A stretch of 64,000 bases of DNA. It comes from an uncultured bacterium. Its GTDB lineage: Bacteria > Auribacterota > Erginobacteria > Erginobacterales > Erginobacteraceae. Below the pieces are notes generated by a model, which saw only the letters and a program-made list of their open reading frames with translations, did not search any database and had not been told where the DNA came from. The translations under genes and the position numbers were made by a program. Positions 50,484 to 58,509 of this stretch are shown piece after piece. Within the stretch, counting starts at the first letter, position 1. The number at the start of each line of letters is the position of its first letter. Location: NCBI GenBank assembly GCA_963822585.1, contig CAWGIE010000039.1:64001-128000 (forward strand). Direction: 5' to 3'.

Positions 50484-51440
50484 TCACTTTTTCATTTTAA
50501 ACGGAGATTCCGTCGTCATGGCCAGTTCCGCCGGCTCGCCGAAGACGGTGGTATTCGGAGGCACCGACCTGGTGAGCCAGACATTCCCCCCGATCACCGA
50601 TCCCTTCCCGATAACCGTCCGCCCCCCCAGAATAGTGGCCCCGGCATAGATGGTCACGTTGTCTTTTATCGTGGGATGCCGTTTTTTGCCTCGGAAAATC
50701 CCGGCATCGGCGGGCACCGTGAGGGCACCCAGTGTCACCCCCTGGTAGATCCGGACATGATCCCCGATGGCGGTGGTCTCCCCGATCACCACCCCTGTCC
50801 CGTGATCGATCATGAAGTAATGCCCGATGGCGGCGCCGGGATGAATATCAATCCCGGTCCGGGTATGGGCATATTCGGACATAATGCGGGGGAGCAGCGG
50901 TACTTTTTTCTTCCAGAGGACATGGGCAATCCGGTAGACGGTGATGGCGAACAGGCCCGGGTAGGCGAGGATGACCTCGTCCATGCTCTTGGCGGCGGGA
51001 TCACCGGCAAAATGGGCCCGAACGTCCTGGAAGAGCACCCCCCGGAGAGAAGGAAGTTCTCGGAAGAGAGCCCTGGTTATCTTCCGGGAACGGGTCAGGC
51101 AGCTTTCCTTGCCCTTGATATGGCATCTGGTTTCGTCGGGGCGGCACCTTTTCCAGTTTTTGCAAAAATAACGGAAGCATTTGTTGAGCTGATCCTCCAG
51201 TTGAGGGTAAATCTCCGCGCACTGCGTCCCCACCCAGTAACGCACATTGTCCTTATCAATCCCCCCCCTGTTAAAGAAACCCGGGAAGATAATCGTGATC
51301 AGCGATTCCAGAGTCTCCACGATCTCACCCCGGGAGGGCAGATTCGGCCCCTTGATATGGTTGATTCCTCCGTAGCGGTTGTAGGAATCGATGATCCGGT
51401 CGACCGTACCCGCCAGAGTTTCCCGTCTTTTCGCCGTCAT
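50484..51440 (-). CDS. cysE: Serine O-acetyltransferase (EpsC/CysE type)
   Basis: GDPAA..EVILAYPG, DIHPGA.IG..FMIDHGTGVVIGET and KRHPTI. Confidence 0.93.
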   Translation of the reverse strand: MTAKRRETLAGTVDRIIDSYNRYGGINHIKGPNLPSRGEIVETLESLITIIFPGFFNRGGIDKDNVRYWVGTQCAEIYPQLEDQLNKCFRYFCKNWKRCRPDETRCHIKGKESCLTRSRKITRALFRELPSLRGVLFQDVRAHFAGDPAAKSMDEVILAYPGLFAITVYRIAHVLWKKKVPLLPRIMSEYAHTRTGIDIHPGAAIGHYFMIDHGTGVVIGETTAIGDHVRIYQGVTLGALTVPADAGIFRGKKRHPTIKDNVTIYAGATILGGRTVIGKGSVIGGNVWLTRSVPPNTTVFGEPAELAMTTESPFKMKK

Positions 51441-51739
51441 TATAAAGACCCTCTCGAGATGTATGTCAGTTGATCAGTTCGGGATAATTAGAGCTTACTC
51501 GAAAAGCTCGTAAGCTCTCAAATCCTAATATCTTCAGCCAAAGGCTGATCCGCCTCCGGCGGAAAATACTAAATCCTAAATAATATCAAATGACCCAAAC
51601 TAAAAAATCCCAAACAATAGGGCTAAAACCCACGACATTTGAACTATTTGATCATTTTGATTTTTGATTTATTTAGAATTTCGATATTAGGATTTAGGAT
51701 TTCCTGCTCGAAATCCTTTTCGAGCAGGGTATAGTTAGC

Positions 51740-51821
51740 CTGGAGTAATGGAGTACTGGAATACTGGAGTGTTGGAAAGCTGGTTTCCCATCACTCCACT
51801 ACTCCACTATTCCATCACTCC
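51740..51821. repeat. Hairpin of 8-bp tandem repeats (same family as 16896)
   Basis: tggagtaatggagtactggaatactggagtgttgg ... ccatcactccactactccactattccatcactcc. Confidence 0.85.
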
Positions 51822-51880
51822 TTTTTAATTGCATATTATAGTTTGAACCGATCCAGAAATCCAACTGCAGAGAGGAATTT

Positions 51881-52360
51881 TTACGACTGATACTTCTCGC
51901 GCAGACGGCTCAGGTAAACCAGGTGCTTTTGTTCTTCCCGGACCAGCTCGTCGATGACCTTCTTCCGCGGCGGGGCGAGAAACACACCCAGACCCCGGAA
52001 AAATAGAATCGCGTCTTTCTCGAAATCGATTCCTTTCTCGATCGCTGCAATGGGGGTCCGGAGACGGGCGGCCAGTTCCTCCGGGGAAACGTCGCGATAG
52101 AGCTGGTCATCGACCAGGGCTTTCATGTACTCGGCTTCCTCGCCCTGGAACGATTCCACCGGCTCTTCCTCGTCGATCTTCTCCCGTATACTCTGAAATT
52201 TCCGGACGTGATCTTCCTCCCAATCCGACAGTCGGGCAAAAAGTTCTTTCATGTCAGCCTCCGGGGTCGAGGAGGCGACCGCGCCGTAGAAATCCCTTCT
52301 TCGCTTCTCTTTCTCGATCCCGATATCGACGACCTCCGCCATATTGAATATGCTTGCCAT
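51881..52360 (-). CDS. Ferritin-like/rubrerythrin family protein
   Basis: EKE..FY, EEDH, FEKDAILFF and EEQKH diiron motifs. Confidence 0.88.
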   Translation of the reverse strand: MASIFNMAEVVDIGIEKEKRRRDFYGAVASSTPEADMKELFARLSDWEEDHVRKFQSIREKIDEEEPVESFQGEEAEYMKALVDDQLYRDVSPEELAARLRTPIAAIEKGIDFEKDAILFFRGLGVFLAPPRKKVIDELVREEQKHLVYLSRLREKYQS

Positions 52361-52619
52361 CACTCCCTCCTACAAATTAGTGCCTGCGGCGCTAATTTAT
52401 ATTGGACCACCCGCCTGATTCAGTCGGGTGGTCTGTTGGTTAATAAAAATATATTCGCCGTGGCGATACTATAAAAAAGCCTTATAACCTCAGCCCCCAA
52501 CGGCCAACTCAGACGTGTCATTTATATTAGGATAAAGAGGATATATATTATAACATACCGGCGGACGGGGAAAGAGCAATGATGAAATCGCCGTCCGAAA
52601 TACCAAGACAGAGGATTTG

Positions 52620-53090
52620 ATGACAATGAAACGCGCGGGCGTATTACTGATTGCCGCAGGTATACTCTTTGCGGGCTGGGGCGGTTTCTGGGCCTGGGTT
52701 TACAGATCTCCGCTCAGTGACCTTCCTCGCTACTGCCTCCTTCTGCCCGGTGTTTTCGATCTGAAAGAGGGGGCATACCGGCTGGGGCTGAAGAAGATCC
52801 CCGCAGGAGAAGAAAAACAATATCTGGCCAGGGTCGAGGAAAACCCGGGGGATTCGGAAGCTCACTTCATTCTCGGTTACATTTCCTACCGGCGGGGAAA
52901 TATGCCGGCGGCGCTCGCTTCCTACGGACGGGCGCTGGAGACGGGTTTTGCCGATCCCAAGATTCACTACTGGCTGGCAAGAGCCCATGCCGATGCCGGC
53001 GATCTCAAAGGGGCCGGTGAAGAGTACGCGAAACTCAAGAAAGCCGGACATCCTCTGGAAGCGAAATTGGCACGGCAGCTCGGCCGCTAA
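52620..53090 (+). CDS. Membrane-anchored TPR protein
   Basis: N-terminal TM helix; TPR motifs AHFILGYISY and IHYWLARAH. Confidence 0.75.
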   Translation: MTMKRAGVLLIAAGILFAGWGGFWAWVYRSPLSDLPRYCLLLPGVFDLKEGAYRLGLKKIPAGEEKQYLARVEENPGDSEAHFILGYISYRRGNMPAALASYGRALETGFADPKIHYWLARAHADAGDLKGAGEEYAKLKKAGHPLEAKLARQLGR

Positions 53091-53109
53091 CAGTAATCAC
53101 GGCGAACAG

Positions 53110-55305
53110 CTATCGCGCAACGGGGATATCGCCGCTTTTACCATAATAGACCCGGCTCACACCGGGGACCGCCCAGAGGCCGGTGGTATCCCGGAAGACG
53201 CCGATCTCATCCCGGCGGTTACCATCGTAGTCAGCCGGGACCGTCAGGTCGGATGGGCCGCCGAAATAGACCCTGCTCACTCCCCGAATCGCCCACAACC
53301 CGGTCGAGGGTCGATAGATCCCGGGCTCCCGGCGGCCATCACCGTTATAATCTCCCGGAACCGGGAAGTCGGAAGAAGCACCGAAGTAAAGCCGGTCCCC
53401 CCCCCACAGGGCCCATAAACCTGAAGAGGGGCGGAAAAGCGCGGGCTCGATACCGGGGACTCCATCGTAATTACCGGGGACGGCCGCGTCACCGACGCCG
53501 CCAAAATAGACCCTGCTCACTCCTCGGATCGCCCAGAGTCCGGTCGAGGGACGGAAAACCCCGATATCACAACAACCGTCACCGTCATAGTCGCCCGGTA
53601 CCGTCAAACCGGCCGCACCACCGAAGTAGATCCGGCTCAGTCCCTTCAAGGCCCAGAGCCCGGAAGTCGGGCGATAAACGCCGATCCCGGTGGTGCCGCC
53701 GCCAATGAAATCTCCGGCCACGGGGATGTCCGAAGAAGAACCGAAATAGACGCGGGTGACTCCCCGTACCGACCAGAGACCCGCGGATGGCCGAAAAACG
53801 GCGATATCCGCAGTCCCGTCCCCGTCATAATCACTCGAAGAGATCCCTCCCTCCGGAACGACCAGGTTACGGAGATAGTGGAAGGCCCGGAGAAGATCGG
53901 GGCGGGGTCCGATGTTTCCCGTCCCCGGGTTGACCTGGGCCGTACCGGTGAGGGCGAGGATTTCCCGAAGCCGGGAGGGGGCCAGGCCGGCCTTCGACTG
54001 GCCGAGACCGTTTATCCAGTATCCCACGCAGCAGGCGGCGGCGCCGGCCACAACCGGGGAAGCGCTTGAGGTCCCCGAGAAGGTGTTCGTGTAATAGTAA
54101 CTCTCGCCTTCCGCCGAGTAGGAATCGCCGGTACCCGTGGTAACGACCTCCTCACCCCATCCCTGTACATTCACCCGCGACCCATAGCTGGAGAAGGAGA
54201 TCCGTTCCAGGTTGTCGCCGTTGTATGACCCGCTGGAGACTCCCCCCGCGCCGACGATCACCGCACCCGAGTCCGCCAGCCAGGTGTAGTTGTCGAGGTT
54301 AACTCCACCGTTGCCGGCCGGTTCGATAACATGGATGCCGGCGGCAACGGCGCTGACGATCGCCGTATAGACGGGATTGACTTCCTGCACGGTGTCCGGG
54401 TAGGAAACCCCGTACCATTCGATCGGAATATACAGGTGGGGGATCGTGAAAGGCTTCAGGTACCACTGCTCTTCCAGGAGGATAACATCCCCGGCCTGGA
54501 GAGAGGCGGCTGCAGTCGCGATGGCGGCGGCCGGGTTCCATTCCGGGGTATCCCCGTAATAATCGCAGGCGGTTCGCAGATCGGCGCCATAACAGATCCC
54601 CGTCGTCCCCCATCCGTTGCGATCGGAGATCATCTCCCCCACCACCCCGGTCCCATGATCGATACTGTCCAACACGCAGTTCCAGCCCGCGTTGATCGTC
54701 GAACCGGGGAGTTTGGTCAGATCATGATGATCATAGTCCCAGCCGCCTTCGATATCGCAGACGGTGACACCGGTCCCATCCCCTCCGGGCTGGGTCCAGG
54801 CGTAGGCGGCATTGATCCCGGTCAGGATCGCGGAGGCAGAGGCGAGGTATCCCTGATCAGTTTCCATATCGGGGGGAAGCGGGCGGGGGGGACGGAGGGG
54901 GACGGGTCGGGCGCGAAGCACCGCCGGATTCTTCTCCAGCGCACCGCTCACGGCCCAGGGATCTTCTCCTTCCGGGATTTCCAGACGATAGATGTTGTTG
55001 AGGTTGTATACTGCTTGACCGGTTCTTTTCTCTCCCCGGGACTGCAGATCATCCAAGACCTCCTCGGGGACGTCGCCAAGCCGGTACCAGATGCACCCAA
55101 CGCTGTCACGCCGCAGATCAGCCATCGCCTCCCCGGACCGTCCCCCGAGTTCGACCGGACGGCCTGACCGGAGCCGGACCCGGAGATTGCCGTCGAACAT
55201 CACTTCGATCAGGTTCTCCTGGCAGGGATAACGGCCGGGAAATCCCCGGTCAGCGACAGGGCCGTTCATCATCAGAAAACAGCCAACGATGTATACAGCT
55301 ATCAT
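53110..55305 (-). CDS. Subtilisin-like S8 serine peptidase with C-terminal six-repeat FG-GAP-like domain
   Basis: Catalytic triad motifs VCDIEGG, HGTGV and FSGTSSASP; oxyanion AGNG; six 40-aa repeats ending DIPVAR. Confidence 0.92.
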   Translation of the reverse strand: MIAVYIVGCFLMMNGPVADRGFPGRYPCQENLIEVMFDGNLRVRLRSGRPVELGGRSGEAMADLRRDSVGCIWYRLGDVPEEVLDDLQSRGEKRTGQAVYNLNNIYRLEIPEGEDPWAVSGALEKNPAVLRARPVPLRPPRPLPPDMETDQGYLASASAILTGINAAYAWTQPGGDGTGVTVCDIEGGWDYDHHDLTKLPGSTINAGWNCVLDSIDHGTGVVGEMISDRNGWGTTGICYGADLRTACDYYGDTPEWNPAAAIATAAASLQAGDVILLEEQWYLKPFTIPHLYIPIEWYGVSYPDTVQEVNPVYTAIVSAVAAGIHVIEPAGNGGVNLDNYTWLADSGAVIVGAGGVSSGSYNGDNLERISFSSYGSRVNVQGWGEEVVTTGTGDSYSAEGESYYYTNTFSGTSSASPVVAGAAACCVGYWINGLGQSKAGLAPSRLREILALTGTAQVNPGTGNIGPRPDLLRAFHYLRNLVVPEGGISSSDYDGDGTADIAVFRPSAGLWSVRGVTRVYFGSSSDIPVAGDFIGGGTTGIGVYRPTSGLWALKGLSRIYFGGAAGLTVPGDYDGDGCCDIGVFRPSTGLWAIRGVSRVYFGGVGDAAVPGNYDGVPGIEPALFRPSSGLWALWGGDRLYFGASSDFPVPGDYNGDGRREPGIYRPSTGLWAIRGVSRVYFGGPSDLTVPADYDGNRRDEIGVFRDTTGLWAVPGVSRVYYGKSGDIPVAR

Positions 55306-55506
55306 GACGCTACTTTCATTATGGCGGCTTTATAACAGCAAATGGTGTGCGGCCGCGGCCGGCTTACATACTGTTAATCGCCCCCGCGGCCCGATCGGTT
55401 ACATGTTCCGCTGCGTGGTGAGCCTATCATTCTCGAAATTCCGCATTCAGGATCGAAGATGGGCACTATATCATCCTGAATCCAGAAAAATTTTTAGAGA
55501 AATATT

Positions 55507-56145
55507 TTACATCCACTGCCCCAGGTCGCAGGCCAGGCCGGCGGTGGCGCCGCCCACCTCCTTCCCTTTCCCGTAAAGGAAGGAGTATCCGCCCTGGAGA
55601 CGAATCACGAAGTTCTTCAGGATCTGAAGGTCGAAACTGAGCAGGGGCTCCCAGTAAAAAAGAGCAACGTCCCGCCGTTCGTAAAGGTCCCAGTCATCGG
55701 ACTCCTCCAGCCGCTTCACTTCTGTGGTCATGCCGGCACCGCCGACCGTCAGGTCGATACTGATCCCCACCAATCCCGCACGCCAGCTCAGACCCGACGT
55801 CAGCCCCCCGGTGATCATGCCCAGGTTCAACTCATTGATATCGTCATCACCGCTCCCGGCTCCTCCCATGGCGCCGCCGAAGCGCCAGCGCAGGGTTCCG
55901 GTATCATTCAGCGGCCCGCAGACCTCGACCCGGCCGCCGTAGTAGAAAAGGTCCTGTTCGGGGAGACGTTGGCCGTCCGGGTACTTCCAGTGATGGAGGT
56001 CCAGGTGGAGATACCTCCCCCAGATTCCGCCGCCGATCGCCACCCCGGTGTCGGGTTGCCCCGTTTCCTGCCCGACTGCTTCCTGCGCCCGGAGGTTGGG
56101 TACCGTCATCAAAAACACCAGCAGCAAAATTCCCGCGTATTTCAT
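55507..56145 (-). CDS. Outer membrane beta-barrel protein (hypothetical)
   Basis: Signal peptide and Gly/aromatic amphipathic strands. Confidence 0.65.
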   Translation of the reverse strand: MKYAGILLLVFLMTVPNLRAQEAVGQETGQPDTGVAIGGGIWGRYLHLDLHHWKYPDGQRLPEQDLFYYGGRVEVCGPLNDTGTLRWRFGGAMGGAGSGDDDINELNLGMITGGLTSGLSWRAGLVGISIDLTVGGAGMTTEVKRLEESDDWDLYERRDVALFYWEPLLSFDLQILKNFVIRLQGGYSFLYGKGKEVGGATAGLACDLGQWM

Positions 56146-56394
56146 CTCTCCTCCTTATTCCGCATTATTCGGGAGAAATTGCATTTCTCCCGAATAATGC
56201 GGAATAACAATTGCCTTGCATTACATTATCCTGAATTAGATTTCCGCCTGTAATCTGTTGTCAAACAAAACGATAAAATCAATATGTTATAGTATTACTA
56301 TTTTTGGTTCTCTTCCATTTTGTGTGGGTAAATGTTCTATATGAGTCATTGTTCAAGACTAAACCGAGGCAGACCTGTCCGATGGCAGACAGGT

Positions 56395-58227
56395 CTACCT
56401 TGGTTTAATCTCCACAAACTCGTTGATCTCGATATACCCGTCCCGGTAACGGCTGATCCCTCCCCAGAATTGGAAGACCTTGAAGGTCTCCATTACCCGG
56501 GTCAGGTCGTTGATCAGATCGGTGACCTCACGGGAATCGGGGGCGGGAGGGGATTTTGGAAGGGAACCCTGCCGGGGAGGAGGAGGCAGGAACATCCCCA
56601 CCATGGAAGCGGAACTGCGGAGAAACGTGATCAGGGAATCGATCTTGTCCTCCAGGCGGCTGAAATGAATCCCGCTTCCCTTGCCGCCCAGCCGTTTTCT
56701 CATCCGGATGAAATCCGGGTTCTGCCTGATGTTCTTCTTATCCCCGAGATAGGTATCCACGATATCGATGAAACCGTCTTTCCGGCTGGCCAGAACCAGG
56801 TACTTCCCCACCCGTCCGATAGTCGGGTTTACGGGGAAAAGCGGGATCGGGGGGTACAGTATCCGCAGCGTGCTGCCGCCGTACTTTTCAATGACGATGT
56901 TGAGGGACTGCCTCATCCCCAGGGAAAGCAGCTTGTCCAGGAAAGAGTCCAGCTTTTTCTCCGAAGTCACTTTGAAGAGGAGGGCGAAACTCCCCGGCTC
57001 GAAAAATGAGCGGGAAAGGGAGACCGTGCAAACGGCGAACTCGTCTCCCAGCCAGGAGAGAACGTCATCCTCCACGCTGATCCCGGCCGATTCCTGCAGC
57101 TTCTTCCAGATGTCCAAAAACTCACTGCCGCGGACCGGATCGGCGGCAACAAAGCCGAGGAGGGGCCGGTAGATCTTTTCCGGCGAGAAATAGTCGGCCG
57201 AGAAGTCGGCAACCCCCTCCGGGATGTAATTGAGCACGTCCCAGTCCCGGGGCGGCTGCTTGAGCAGATGGAGCAACGCCCGGCTCCCTTTTGCCTCGTC
57301 GAGATAATAGCGAACCGTCTCCCGGTAACCGTCGCTATCCAGGACCCCGGTCCCGGAGATCGCGCCGACCGTTCCCAGAACTCTCATCAGGCCGTTGAGG
57401 TAGTACAGCGTCTCCGCCTCCTCTTCTTCTCCCTGCCCGAAGACATTTTTTTTATCCAGTGCTTCTCCGGCATAATCAAGCAGGACATTAACGTCCAGGT
57501 AGACAACCGTTTTGGCAGCCGGATCAAGCCCCTGGAAATGTTCCCGAAAGGACCGTCCGTCAGCCAGCGCCTCCCCGTTCCTCTCCCCCTTGAGGAGGGA
57601 AAGGACGATCTTCGCCCCCTCAGAGCTGGTGGAGAGGAGAAATATATCACCCGCTGTGCAACGGGCGAGACGGCCCGGGAAGGAACCGGGGAGAGAAAAA
57701 GACGTCACTTTTTCTCCCAGATAAACGCTCTCGGTTTCGGCAAGTTCGTCCCGGGAAAATCCGGCGCGGGCAAGCAGTTCCTGGAAATAATCCGTGTGCA
57801 GTTTTTCCGCCCCCACCGGCAGACGGCAGAGAAGAACCAGGGCCGGGGGTTCTTCCCGGGCCGGGGGAAAACCGCAGAGAGCGATTTCACCCCCGAGAAG
57901 TTCCCAGAGGCTGACCTTCTCCCGGAGTTCCATCAGGCGGCTGCCTTTCTCCACCCCTCCGGGAGACAGTTCCGCAACCGGCTCCAGCATCTTTTCGATT
58001 CGGGGGCCGATCCGGAGACGGCGCGCCGTCTTCACGAAATCAAACGCCCCGGTCTCATCACGGAGGACCTTCCAGTCCTTGAACCCCAGATAGAAGAAGG
58101 AATCGGCGGGAACAAGCTGGAGAAACGGCTGGGCGGTCGAGGACGGCTGCCGTTCACCGCAGGAAAAAGAGAACAGACAGGCCAGGGCAAAAACAAGGCA
58201 GGCACTTCCGGAGCGCAACTTATTCAT
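56395..58227 (-). CDS. Putative lipoprotein (DUF3352-like)
   Basis: Lipobox FSFSC; internal duplication (LVPAD/YIPEG, LGGEIA/LGDEFA); AGGAGG RBS. Confidence 0.65.
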   Translation of the reverse strand: MNKLRSGSACLVFALACLFSFSCGERQPSSTAQPFLQLVPADSFFYLGFKDWKVLRDETGAFDFVKTARRLRIGPRIEKMLEPVAELSPGGVEKGSRLMELREKVSLWELLGGEIALCGFPPAREEPPALVLLCRLPVGAEKLHTDYFQELLARAGFSRDELAETESVYLGEKVTSFSLPGSFPGRLARCTAGDIFLLSTSSEGAKIVLSLLKGERNGEALADGRSFREHFQGLDPAAKTVVYLDVNVLLDYAGEALDKKNVFGQGEEEEAETLYYLNGLMRVLGTVGAISGTGVLDSDGYRETVRYYLDEAKGSRALLHLLKQPPRDWDVLNYIPEGVADFSADYFSPEKIYRPLLGFVAADPVRGSEFLDIWKKLQESAGISVEDDVLSWLGDEFAVCTVSLSRSFFEPGSFALLFKVTSEKKLDSFLDKLLSLGMRQSLNIVIEKYGGSTLRILYPPIPLFPVNPTIGRVGKYLVLASRKDGFIDIVDTYLGDKKNIRQNPDFIRMRKRLGGKGSGIHFSRLEDKIDSLITFLRSSASMVGMFLPPPPRQGSLPKSPPAPDSREVTDLINDLTRVMETFKVFQFWGGISRYRDGYIEINEFVEIKPR

Positions 58228-58269
58228 CGTTACCCTCCTCATTTACTAAAGAGTCCATAATTGTATTGA

Positions 58270-58352
58270 CATGTCACTGCGAGGAGCAACGCGACGAAGC
58301 AGTCTCAACTCCTTGCATAATAAGAGATTGCTTCGCTGCGCTCGCAATGACT
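58270..58352. repeat. REP-like inverted repeat
   Basis: gtcactgcgag..gacgaagcagtctc ... gagattgcttcgctgcgctcgcaatgac. Confidence 0.7.
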
Positions 58353-58509
58353 GCAATCCAAGATGCAAACAATAAAACGATCTCATCAATAATTGGAGTG
58401 TTCCGTCTTCCAATGGAGCACAATATTCGTCGCCTTAGGAATAACGACGCCGCAAATTATTGAACCTATAATTTTTGCCGCCCCGAAGTTGTAATCGGGG
58501 GGGCATAAA

